Virus record (IMG/VR): IMGVR_UViG_3300002858_000001
Location: 1-43,457 of that record
DNA from: a virus
Reading direction: 5' to 3' (one strand)
DNA length: 43,457 nt
Below are positions 34,601 to 41,952 of this stretch, piece by piece. The position numbers and the translations under genes were made by a program. The notes under the pieces were generated by a model that was not told the origin of the DNA, made no database searches, and worked only from the letters and a program-made list of their open reading frames with translations. How positions within the stretch are numbered: the first letter of the stretch is position 1; each line of letters begins with the position of its first letter.

Positions 34601-35822
34601 CCAGCCAGACTTCCTGCAGCTGGCCGTCATCGACCCGGCCGTGGCCGCCACCGAACTGCGCGGCTTGCCTGCCGGGGCCTTGCTGGACGTGGAGGTGTAT
34701 TACCGGGGCGCCCGGCAGGAAACCAGCCCGCGCGTGCGCGTGGCGGATGTGCAGCTGCCGGACGTTGATGTGGCTGGGGCGGCCGTTGACTATGTGCCCG
34801 GCAGCGCGCTGGACACCTATATTCAGTCACAAGGCAGCAGCGGCGCAGACCAGACCGCGCGCGATGCGGCGGCGGCCGCCTTGGCGGCTGCGCAAGATGC
34901 GTTTGACGAGGCCGAAACGGTACGCAGCGAATACCAAGGCGAGGATGCGGCGCTGCAAAGCCAGATCAACGCCAAGGCCAGCAATGCCCGCGTTGACAGT
35001 GTGGAGTCCGATGCGGAAGGCGCCCGCACCCTGCTGGGCAACCAGATCACGGCCGCTTATACGCAGGCCATTGATGATGCGGTGGACGATCTGGAGGTCC
35101 AGATCAGCAGCAAGGCCAGCGCAACTGATCTGGCGACGGCTGAAAGCAATGCGGCCGGGGCGCGCGCCCAGCTGCTGACCGATGCCCGCGCCGAATGGCA
35201 GAGCGATGACGCAGGCCTGCAAACGCAGATCAACAGCAAGGCCAGCAATACGCGCGTCGACACGGTTGAAAGCGATGCGGCCAGCGCGCGCGGCCAGATC
35301 GTGGTGGACATGCGCGCGGAATGGCAGGCCGATGATGACGCCCTGCAAACCGCCATCGATGCCAAGGCCAGCAATTCGCGCGTTGATACGGTGGAAAGCA
35401 ACGCGGCCGCAGCGAGATCTACACTGCAGCAGGAATACACGTCACGCTTCGGCACGGTGGAGGGAAATGTCAGTATCCTGCAGGGTACGCTGGCGCAGCC
35501 CAGCGGGGCCGAGGCGTTGGTCGCCTTCCGGGTCAATACGTCATCCGGAGTGGCGCAGCTGGCCGTGGTGTCAACGTCTGGCGTGCTGGGCAATGGCACA
35601 AAAATCCAGCTGGACGCCAATCTGGTGGTGATCAATGGCAATACGCTGCTGAATGGCACGGTGACCGCAAATAAACTGAACGTGACCAGCCTGTCAGCCA
35701 TCACGGCCAATATTGGCCTGCTGCGCACGTCATCGACCGGAAAGCGCGCGGAGTTCGATAATAACGGGGTTCGCTCTTATGATGCCTCTGGCACGCTGCG
35801 CGTTCGGCTGGGGGTCTGGTAA
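31629..35822 (+). CDS. Tail tip / host-specificity protein (gpJ-like) with gpI-like N-terminus
   Basis: 1397 aa. The N-terminal ~170 aa (ubiquitin-like segment, GGGDDGNK, hydrophobic helices LLTTVLTIFVMVAAFWISGG) resemble lambda gpI. The rest is J-like in size and position. The start may instead be the GTG at 31692. Confidence 0.8.
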   Translation: MREPSPNISSRRKSSALPLKAVLRADPFDPKPPRLVDVRAGETLAQLVDRIGLDPITRPLAVAVIDGKEVPESDWGKVRLRDGVHVAICIAPQGGGDDGNKLLTTVLTIFVMVAAFWISGGALAPYLGAAFEAGKAGAVIAGAAVSAVGSLAISALVPPPQAPEQDKINQVYAVDGASNRFVPFDPIILSVGTRRVFPRQVARGYQELVGDDFYYRMVVEWGPIGVALSDIKVGETPIENIDGVQMQHRLTADDPHPTLYPAQVFQEEVGAALESASDWEGRTTIPDATQAAIVIGFPAGLGHTSKKGKSEQWAAQVEVRYRSVTGEPGSLVYGSWQSPPGNGVSWPTRGGVYPGAGKYGFSAKKRSQPFFRAINFDFPSAGTYEVQVRRSSTNEDVDTDRTFDDMTFQVLESRRPGVPVARDDVAYSVFRFKGSDETQGRIQTINGMVSRLIPRFNDALLDGGDLSTAGPEDMTAPAASSNPWEIILWLYRNGLDGREPLSDNAVDWASLAYAAKDARDNGWTFDHVFEGAATISEAVQTIAFNACGRAAFIGNRLTAVVDGPQLAPVAVISDRSARNVKAVKQLSRPPDGFRVIFDDAADGYRTREERVYVGDNTAATARRFEELKIPGAVHWDNVHRLVGRNYRNSRMQTRRLKAEVPVDDLDTAVRLGRWVGVQTKVVEVGRAAGWIRSVETNGSGHVTAVILDQPVSQTAGDDLVLQWNRQLSPAVSEQLSSALELAPVGADTVDERVVFASPVTGADKPQAGDAYTFGVSGFVRLDGLVDDIEAIDHEWVRLHMVDYAPERFDETGLVIPAYTPAYERPAFIRPPELELVSIGQNLDQTTIHFRIKPGDRGQAVRFIAARAIAPDSGDTEAGAWDALPDLQAADRQLVAPAGQAGDAFIYRIAAVSPSGEAGPYLLVDGVPALDTLPAPDDVQAVASIEHGATGGQRPLLTVSATPVEDVQIVSMVIEARRVALDLNDARLPEGDQPDFLQLAVIDPAVAATELRGLPAGALLDVEVYYRGARQETSPRVRVADVQLPDVDVAGAAVDYVPGSALDTYIQSQGSSGADQTARDAAAAALAAAQDAFDEAETVRSEYQGEDAALQSQINAKASNARVDSVESDAEGARTLLGNQITAAYTQAIDDAVDDLEVQISSKASATDLATAESNAAGARAQLLTDARAEWQSDDAGLQTQINSKASNTRVDTVESDAASARGQIVVDMRAEWQADDDALQTAIDAKASNSRVDTVESNAAAARSTLQQEYTSRFGTVEGNVSILQGTLAQPSGAEALVAFRVNTSSGVAQLAVVSTSGVLGNGTKIQLDANLVVINGNTLLNGTVTANKLNVTSLSAITANIGLLRTSSTGKRAEFDNNGVRSYDASGTLRVRLGVW
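32605..32619. repeat. Dispersed palindrome copy 7 (GCGAACCCGGTTCGC)
   Basis: Inside the J-like gene. Read as G-E-P-G-S-L. Confidence 0.9.
34952..35470 (+). repeat. Four in-frame tandem repeat units (~126-139 bp, ~42-46 aa) in the J-like C-terminus
   Basis: Units start near 34952, 35091, 35217 and 35343. The peptide pattern is LQ.QI..KASN.RVD.VESDA..AR. Confidence 0.75.
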
Positions 35823-36103
35823 TGCCAGCGGGGCTGCAAGTCTGGGATGCGTCGGGAAATCTCATTCTGGATTATACCGACCGCATTTCGCGCATTCTGG
35901 GCGTCGTGACGATTTCCGGCAATGTTGCGGGCTCCGTCACCAGTTCCGGCTTTTCGGGTCTGGACCCGTTCTGGCATTGCGTGCCGCTGGTGTCTTACCC
36001 CACCTATAGCCCGCAATTCAGTTTTAATGCGGGCACCAATACGCTGTCCTGGACGTGGCCGCGCAGTGGCCCGGATCATCAATTGATATATGGGGCTTAC
36101 TGA
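35822..36103 (+). CDS. Hypothetical fibre-module protein
   Basis: TAATG overlap with the J-like gene. The N-terminus MPAGLQVWDASGNLILDYTDR is paralogous to that of the next gene. Confidence 0.6.
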   Translation: MPAGLQVWDASGNLILDYTDRISRILGVVTISGNVAGSVTSSGFSGLDPFWHCVPLVSYPTYSPQFSFNAGTNTLSWTWPRSGPDHQLIYGAY

Positions 36104-36771
36104 TGGGCGCAGGACTGCAGCTGTATGGCAGCCATGGCAAAGTGCAGATTGACTCCGGCTGGCGCAGCTTCGGATTGAAGCAAAAAGGCACGGCCGTGTG
36201 CAATATCGATCTGGGCGGCCAGACGCAGCTGGATGTTGCGGAGGTGACGCTTTCCGGTCTGGTCAATCCGGTCATGGCGTTCCGGGCCGGGTCAGACCCG
36301 GTGTCCATTTACACCGGAATGGTGAGCGGTTCGACGCGCACCTATCGTTTCATTGGCGCCAACGGCACCAGTGTGGACTGGTATTTGTTTGACGAGGTGG
36401 ACGCGTCGGGGGTGTCTGACAAGTTCGGGCTGGAAGTGTTCAACGCGGCCGGCAAGCGCGTGTTCCATTCGAGTGTGCCAGCCATGCGCGTGGTGGGGCA
36501 GCAAATGAGTGATGCCGGGGCGGTGACCTATCCAAGCGGCCGCCAGTATGCGGTGGCGCAAGGGACTTTGCAGTATTCGGAGCGGCTGATCGATTTCGGG
36601 TTTAGCGCGTCCTACACGGCCAGCTTCACATGCCCGCAATGGAATGCGGCGGGGACGCAGCTGCAGGCCTTCCAGAGCATTTTTGAAAGTTACCAAACCG
36701 GCTCGCAAGCGGAATACACCCGCACCGGGCCTGCGTTCCCCATGACCGTCATTGATGTGACGCACCTTTAA
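36103..36771 (+). CDS. Hypothetical fibre-module protein
   Basis: Internal ATG at 36103 (TGATG overlap). N-terminus MGAGLQLYGSHGKVQIDSGWR. Confidence 0.6.
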   Translation: MGAGLQLYGSHGKVQIDSGWRSFGLKQKGTAVCNIDLGGQTQLDVAEVTLSGLVNPVMAFRAGSDPVSIYTGMVSGSTRTYRFIGANGTSVDWYLFDEVDASGVSDKFGLEVFNAAGKRVFHSSVPAMRVVGQQMSDAGAVTYPSGRQYAVAQGTLQYSERLIDFGFSASYTASFTCPQWNAAGTQLQAFQSIFESYQTGSQAEYTRTGPAFPMTVIDVTHL

Positions 36772-36781
36772 AGGAGACCCC

Positions 36782-37144
36782 ATGCAGATACCTGTTGAAC
36801 CCATCGCGCCCGGATACGATGCGCGCCTCGAGATCGCTTACCCTAATGCGTTTGCGGATGCTGCGCAGCTGACGCAGGGCGCGCTGGTGGCGCAGTTCCG
36901 CGCCAGCATCGATGCCGACGACGTGCTGTTTGAGGCCCGCACGGCCGATGGCACCATAACGGTGGCGCGGGGATCTGATGAAACCTTGGTCACTGTCACC
37001 ATTCCGTCCGAGGACACATCAAACATGGCCCCAGATACATGGGTTTCCTTTGACTTTGTAAGGCTGGACGGCGGCGTCAAAGATGTGGTGCCGGGGCAGT
37101 GGCGCTGGCCGGTCAGAAAGGCGATCACCCGCAATGTCGCGTAA
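36782..37144 (+). CDS. Hypothetical protein
   Basis: 120-aa ORF with SD AAAGGAG upstream. Confidence 0.6.
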   Translation: MQIPVEPIAPGYDARLEIAYPNAFADAAQLTQGALVAQFRASIDADDVLFEARTADGTITVARGSDETLVTVTIPSEDTSNMAPDTWVSFDFVRLDGGVKDVVPGQWRWPVRKAITRNVA

Positions 37145-37379
37145 CGCTTTCGCTTCCCTTGTTCCCACCACGGCCATGGCAGAAATCACTTTCCTGCCCG
37201 GCCAGCCAGTGGCGGCCGCGTTCCGCCAGATACGTGTTGCAGGCCCGGCCGGGCCTGTAGGTCCGTCCGCGTATGACGTGGCGGTTTCCCAAGGCTTTAC
37301 CGGCACCGAGTCGGAATGGCTGCAAACCCTTGTCGGCCCACCGGCCGAAATAACGATAGTGGACGGAGGTTTCTTCTAA
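37134..37379 (+). CDS. Small collagen-like/fibre-associated protein
   Basis: Internal ATG at 37134. GPAGPVGPSAYDVAVSQGFTGTESEWLQTLVGP is a motif common in phage tail fibres. Confidence 0.55.
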   Translation: MSRNAFASLVPTTAMAEITFLPGQPVAAAFRQIRVAGPAGPVGPSAYDVAVSQGFTGTESEWLQTLVGPPAEITIVDGGFF

Positions 37380-38219
37380 ATGAGCATCAAAATCAAATTC
37401 AAGCGGCGCGTGTCTGGTGCGCCCGGCGCGCCCGCTGCCCTGCTTTCCGGCGAGGCGGCCTGGAACCAAGTCGACGGTATTCTGTATGCGGGGTTTGGGG
37501 ATGATGGCAGCGGCAATGCCACGTCCATCGTGGCGCTGGCGGGGGCTGGCCATTTCGCGGCCCTGAATAGCCCCACCTTCACGGGTGAGCCGAAGGCGCC
37601 AACCCCGGCGCCGGGGGATAACACCACGAAACTGGCGACGACCGCTTTTGTGCAAAATGCCATGCAGGGCGCCGGTCTGGGCGATATGCTGGAGTCGGAA
37701 TATGACACCAATGGCGACGGCAAGGTTGATGCGGCTGACGCGGCCGACTCCGTGCCGTGGTCTGGGGTGACCGGCAAGCCGTCTGAATTCGCCCCGGCAG
37801 ACCATAGCGCCAGCAAGATCACCAGCGGCACGATTGACCCGGCCCGCCTGCCGACCGTGCTGTTTGCGGCGCCCATCGTGTCCAGCGGCGCGATTGCAGA
37901 CCTGACCGCGCCGCAGCAGGCCGAAATCAGCGGCGGCTCGTCCGTGGTCACCAGTGATGGCCGCGAGTGGCGATACAAGGGCAGCGGTGACAAGACGCTG
38001 GAGGCCTCTTATCAGGAGATGGCTGACCGCACGCCGGACTGGTCAACCATCGCTAACAAGCCTGCCAGCTTCACGCCCAGCGCGCACACGCACACGCTGG
38101 CGGACGTCACGGATGCAGGCTCGATGGCTGGGCAGGACGCTGACAATGTGAGTGTGACGGGCGGCACCATTGATGGCGTCACGCTAAACAATGTCACGCT
38201 GGATGGCGGGACTTTCTAA
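37380..38219 (+). CDS. Tail fibre protein
   Basis: SPTFTGEPKAPTPAPGDNTTKLATTAFVQNAM is a conserved fibre motif. The N-terminus IKIKFKRR...GEAAWNQVDGILY is Mtd_N-like. Confidence 0.75.
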   Translation: MSIKIKFKRRVSGAPGAPAALLSGEAAWNQVDGILYAGFGDDGSGNATSIVALAGAGHFAALNSPTFTGEPKAPTPAPGDNTTKLATTAFVQNAMQGAGLGDMLESEYDTNGDGKVDAADAADSVPWSGVTGKPSEFAPADHSASKITSGTIDPARLPTVLFAAPIVSSGAIADLTAPQQAEISGGSSVVTSDGREWRYKGSGDKTLEASYQEMADRTPDWSTIANKPASFTPSAHTHTLADVTDAGSMAGQDADNVSVTGGTIDGVTLNNVTLDGGTF

Positions 38220-38221
38220 GC

Positions 38222-38473
38222 ATGGCTGTCACCATCAAGGTGAAGCGCGCTACCCGTGCCCAGCTGGATGCCGCTGCAACGGCAGACGGCCTGACCGCTG
38301 GCGAGCCGTATCTGATCACGGATGAAGGCAACATGGCGCTGGCCACCGGCGCGGGCACATATCAAACCTTCGTCAAGGCCGATGGCGTCAAGGCCATCAA
38401 GGCGCTGACGCAGGCCGAATATGACGCCCTGTCGCCACCTGTGGCGGGCACGCTGTACGTGGTGAGCGGGTAA
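38222..38473 (+). CDS. Small Mtd_N-like protein
   Basis: 83 aa. VTIKVKRATRAQLDAAATADGLTAGEPYLITDEGNMALATG parallels the N-terminus of the preceding fibre gene. Confidence 0.55.
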   Translation: MAVTIKVKRATRAQLDAAATADGLTAGEPYLITDEGNMALATGAGTYQTFVKADGVKAIKALTQAEYDALSPPVAGTLYVVSG

Positions 38474-38477
38474 CGCC

Positions 38478-39269
38478 ATGGCTTTGAAACTTGGCACGGC
38501 CGACGCTGGCTTTGGCGGCGCGGACAAGGCCTTTCTGGGCGCAAATCAGGTATGGGCCGCAGCCAGCGGCCCGGCCTATGACCCGCGTGTCATTCACGCC
38601 TGGAACCCGGACGCTGGTGGGGATGCCAGCGGGCAAGTTGCGGCGCTGGTGGGTGGCTTGCCTTTGTATGTGGGCGGCCAGTCGGGCGTTGTAACAAACT
38701 GGAATGGCGAACTAGGCCAGAATGCTGCGCTGATCCTGCCGGATCGATCCATGGGTTGGTATTGGGGAGGTGGGCCGTTCACAATTAGTCTGTGGGCGTA
38801 TCTGAATACCGACTCCCCCATATATGGCCACTTTCTTGGCTGTTCTGATGGCGATGTGTTCAACAGTTCATCGACGCGCGGGTCATGGATGGTGGGCCGA
38901 GCTGGCGGCAGCAACGGGCCGCGTATCGGGGTGCGCACCAGCTACAACGCGGTCCACTCGTCTGGCTCGCCTGCGCTTGTGGCCGAAGTGTGGTCGCTCC
39001 TGACCGTTCGGGTTGGCGGGGGGACATGGCGCGCAATCTGGGGTGATTTTTCGCACACCGCCAGCCTAAGCTGGTTGTCGGAAGATATACCGGATACGCC
39101 GGAACCCATGGGCCTGACGTTTGGGGCCGGTTACGGATTGGCGGATGAAACGGCGGTGGTCAACTCGGTCCAGTATATGCGTGGGCGGATGAAAGATATT
39201 CGCATCTGGAGTGGGACCTTGAGTGACACCGAAATATCTGCACTGCACGCGGCCGGGCCGCTTTACTAG
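38478..39269 (+). CDS. LamG/concanavalin-A-like lectin-fold protein (likely receptor-binding)
   Basis: FTISLWAYLN...VWSLLTVRV...MKDIRIWSGTLSDTEISALHAAG is a typical Laminin_G_3 pattern. Confidence 0.7.
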   Translation: MALKLGTADAGFGGADKAFLGANQVWAAASGPAYDPRVIHAWNPDAGGDASGQVAALVGGLPLYVGGQSGVVTNWNGELGQNAALILPDRSMGWYWGGGPFTISLWAYLNTDSPIYGHFLGCSDGDVFNSSSTRGSWMVGRAGGSNGPRIGVRTSYNAVHSSGSPALVAEVWSLLTVRVGGGTWRAIWGDFSHTASLSWLSEDIPDTPEPMGLTFGAGYGLADETAVVNSVQYMRGRMKDIRIWSGTLSDTEISALHAAGPLY

Positions 39270-39278
39270 GAGGCATCA

Positions 39279-39563
39279 ATGCAATTTTCAGTGCGGCTCG
39301 AGCCGCTGACTTTCGGCCGCGACTTGGATGACTCGGGACACGGGTCTGATGACCTTGTGATGGACACCGCGTTTGTGGTGACTGCGCGCATTCCGCACGC
39401 GGATTGGGCGGGCGGCCAGTTCGATATTCCCGCCGTGGTGCAGGCCATGGTGGCAGAGTTGGCAAGCTATGCCACGGCCGATCTGGAGGCCTATCTGGCC
39501 AGCCAGTTTGCCGGGGCTGTGGCCAGCCAGACCAGCCCGGAAGGCGGCGCGCCGGGCGAATAA
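39279..39563 (+). CDS. Hypothetical protein (fibre assembly?)
   Basis: 94-aa ORF with SD TAGGAGG upstream. Last gene before a strong terminator. Confidence 0.6.
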   Translation: MQFSVRLEPLTFGRDLDDSGHGSDDLVMDTAFVVTARIPHADWAGGQFDIPAVVQAMVAELASYATADLEAYLASQFAGAVASQTSPEGGAPGE

Positions 39564-39589
39564 GGCCAGCGCCGGAGATCTACACAACC

Positions 39590-39626
39590 AAGGGCGTGCC
39601 GGATGGTCTGGCGCGCCCTTTTCTTA
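39590..39626 (+). terminator. Rho-independent terminator ending the structural operon
   Basis: AAGGGCGTGCC / GGCGCGCCCTT (one G-U pair), loop GGATGGTCT, followed by TTCTT. Confidence 0.7.
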
Positions 39627-39651
39627 TCCCTAAGCAGAAATGGAGTTTGAT

Positions 39652-39996
39652 ATGTCTGGACCGAAGTCTGACACCGAAGTCATGCTGGAGGTGGCCATGC
39701 AGGGCATGCTGCCCCTGATGGCAAAACGCCTGCGCGGAAGCCCGAAATACGAGGCGCTGATTGAGAAGATGGCGCGCACCCGCGCATTCATCAAGGATGC
39801 GCAGGAAAACATTGACCAGAAAATGGCCGAAATGGAGCAGGACGCCAAAGACTTCCTGACCGATTTCGGTTTGGGTCAGGTTCTGGCTGACATCGATGCG
39901 GCCAGCCAGCGCATGGATGCGGCGGACTCCGATCCGGCCGCAACGCCCATGCGGCTGGTGCGCCCCAGCGAACCGGGTTCGCCGGGCGCGGAGTAA
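39652..39996 (+). CDS. Hypothetical soluble protein preceding the lysis genes
   Basis: The ATG at 39652 has GGAG 5 nt upstream. The ORF-track start at 39640 is also possible. No transmembrane segment. Confidence 0.55.
   Translation: MSGPKSDTEVMLEVAMQGMLPLMAKRLRGSPKYEALIEKMARTRAFIKDAQENIDQKMAEMEQDAKDFLTDFGLGQVLADIDAASQRMDAADSDPAATPMRLVRPSEPGSPGAE
39968..39982. repeat. Dispersed palindrome copy 8 (GCGAACCGGGTTCGC)
   Basis: Lies 12 nt before the stop of CDS 39652..39996. Read as S-E-P-G-S-P. Confidence 0.9.
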
Positions 39997-40001
39997 CGGC
40001 C

Positions 40002-40559
40002 ATGCTTTTCACGCCGCAGGATGTGCGGCCTGTATCCATGGAAGTGCTGCGCGGCCTTGTTCTGGGACCGGATGAAGTGGAGCCCACGGGCACCACGCGG
40101 CAGGGGCGGCCTGAATACCGCATCCTGCGCGACGTCTGGTATAAGGGGTTTACCGTTCCGGCCGGGTTTGTCTTTGACGTGCATTCGCTTCCGCGCGTGC
40201 TGCGTTTCTGGCAGCCCCGGAGTCCGGCATGGTGGGGCCCGCCCGCCCTGCATGATTGGGCCCTGGAAAGCGGTTTGATCAGCATAAAGGAAGCAAACCG
40301 GCTTTATCGGGATGCCATGCGCGACCTTGGCGTGCGGCGCATCCATCGCATAGCCGCCTTTGCGGGCGTCGAGTTTGCCCGGTTGGCCTTCCCTGACCGC
40401 ATCACCCGCATTGACCCGGACAACGCCGAACTGGTGGAGCGCCATGCGGGCCGCGAGGCCGTGTATTCCGAGTCCGCGCCAAGCGCCCGCAAGTTCCTGT
40501 TCATGGCCGCCCGTGCGGCCGTGGGCGGCTATATCCGAAGCCGGGGGGTGCCGTTATGA
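40002..40559 (+). CDS. DUF1353-family protein
   Basis: FTVPAGFVFDVHSLPRVLRFW...ALHDWALESGLISIKEANRLYRDAM matches the DUF1353 pattern (F.TDG.S.P ... HD.ly ... AD). Confidence 0.65.
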   Translation: MLFTPQDVRPVSMEVLRGLVLGPDEVEPTGTTRQGRPEYRILRDVWYKGFTVPAGFVFDVHSLPRVLRFWQPRSPAWWGPPALHDWALESGLISIKEANRLYRDAMRDLGVRRIHRIAAFAGVEFARLAFPDRITRIDPDNAELVERHAGREAVYSESAPSARKFLFMAARAAVGGYIRSRGVPL

Positions 40560-41179
40560 AAAGCGAATTTGTCCGCTATACGGACAATTACCTGATGGCG
40601 GTGGCTGAAACACTTAGCCATGAGGGCGGTTATTCCAACCATTCGGCCGACCCCGGTGGGGCAACCATGCTGGGCATTACAAAGGCCACATGGGCAAAAT
40701 GGACCGGCCGGAAAACCAAGGATGTGCCCGACTCCGAAATGCGGCGGCTGACCATCGAGGACGCCCTGCCAATCTATCATGCATGGTATTGGCAGGCCGT
40801 TGGGGGTGACCAGCTGCCGGGTGGCGTTGACTTCGTGGTGTTTGACATTGCTGTCAATTCGGGCCCGCGCCGGGCCCTGAAAATGCTGCAAAAGGCATCA
40901 AACAAGCTGGGGCGCATTTACATTCAGGTGGATGGCATCGTCGGCCCCAAAACCATCAGCGCAGCCAATGCCGTCAACGTCTTTGATTTGATCAACGAGC
41001 TGGGCAATACCCGGCTTTGGTTTTACTTCGACCTGTCAACGTTCAAGACGTTTGGCCGGGGCTGGATGACTAGGCTGATTTCCGTAACCAGCTTTGGCAC
41101 CGCCATGGCGCTGGGCAAGGCGCAGGCCGTCATCATGGCCCGCACCAGCCGCCCGGACGGCCACCAGCGGGCCGCCTGA
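40556..41179 (+). CDS. Endolysin, GH108 lysozyme with PG_binding_3 domain
   Basis: LSHEGGYSNHSADPGGATMLGIT (GH108 signature) and VDGIVGPKTISAANA (peptidoglycan-binding motif). Confidence 0.85.
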   Translation: MKSEFVRYTDNYLMAVAETLSHEGGYSNHSADPGGATMLGITKATWAKWTGRKTKDVPDSEMRRLTIEDALPIYHAWYWQAVGGDQLPGGVDFVVFDIAVNSGPRRALKMLQKASNKLGRIYIQVDGIVGPKTISAANAVNVFDLINELGNTRLWFYFDLSTFKTFGRGWMTRLISVTSFGTAMALGKAQAVIMARTSRPDGHQRAA

Positions 41180-41291
41180 CGCATTCCACATACCAAGCCC
41201 GGCCGCGCAGTGTGGCCGGGTCCATCCTGCTGCGGCCCCGGCCGGGTGCGCGGCCTTTATCCCGTGTCAACTGACTGAGAAAGGACACACC

Positions 41292-41873
41292 ATGAAAATC
41301 ATGACCCTGATGGCGGCCACGCTGGCCGTGACCCTGACCGCCTGCGGAACACTTCAGGCGGGCCCCAGCGTCTTTAACAAGGACGCCTCGCCGCGCGCTG
41401 CTGCGGTTCAAGTCAAGGACGACGTCGGCCCGGCCGTGGCAGACCTTGCTGACCTTTGCGAAACCGGCTTGCTGTCTGCGGACGTCAAGGCCGTGGTCGT
41501 CAAGTACGGCCCCAAAATCCGTGAAGGCGTTGGCGCGTATGCGGACAGTGCTGAAGCCTGCGTCGTCATCGATGGGGCGTTGCAGACGGACCCGGCCGCA
41601 GGCGAACAATGCGCGCGCGGAACCGTCAAGGCGGTAACGTCCAGCCTGCCCAGATTGCTGATTGAGGCGGGCCGCAGCCTTGGCCTGGAAACGGGCACCG
41701 GATACCGGCTTTACATTGCGGGCTTCGCGGCCCGGCGCATCGTGGGCACAAACACGGGCGGCGTTATCGATGGTTTCAGCAAGGAGCCTGACTTGACCCG
41801 CGAGGAATATCTGGAAGTGTGGAAGCCGGTGCAGGCTGATGCTGACCGGCTGATGGCCTGCGCAGGGCGCTAG
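41292..41873 (+). CDS. Lipoprotein (193 aa)
   Basis: Internal ATG at 41292 follows GAGAAAGGA. Signal peptide with lipobox LTLTA-C. Too large for a typical o-spanin. Confidence 0.65.
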   Translation: MKIMTLMAATLAVTLTACGTLQAGPSVFNKDASPRAAAVQVKDDVGPAVADLADLCETGLLSADVKAVVVKYGPKIREGVGAYADSAEACVVIDGALQTDPAAGEQCARGTVKAVTSSLPRLLIEAGRSLGLETGTGYRLYIAGFAARRIVGTNTGGVIDGFSKEPDLTREEYLEVWKPVQADADRLMACAGR

Positions 41874-41892
41874 GCCTGCAATCTATCTGGAA

Positions 41893-41922
41893 GGGCCGCC
41901 CAGCGATGGGCGGCCTTTTTTT
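41893..41922 (+). terminator. Rho-independent terminator
   Basis: GGCCGCCCA - GCGA - TGGGCGGCC followed by T7. Confidence 0.85.
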
Positions 41923-41952
41923 GTGGGGTGAATTCAAGCGGAAGGGGTGCCA

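Noticed and set aside
37380-39269. A diversity-generating retroelement, suggested by the Mtd_N-like N-termini.
   Set aside because: There is no reverse transcriptase ORF anywhere in the window, and I saw no template/variable repeat pair in or after the fibre genes.
41094-41291. The long 259-aa version of the lipoprotein ORF starting inside the endolysin gene.
   Set aside because: The upstream extension is Ala/Pro/Arg-rich and overlaps the endolysin 3' end. The internal ATG at 41292 has an SD and yields a canonical lipoprotein signal peptide.
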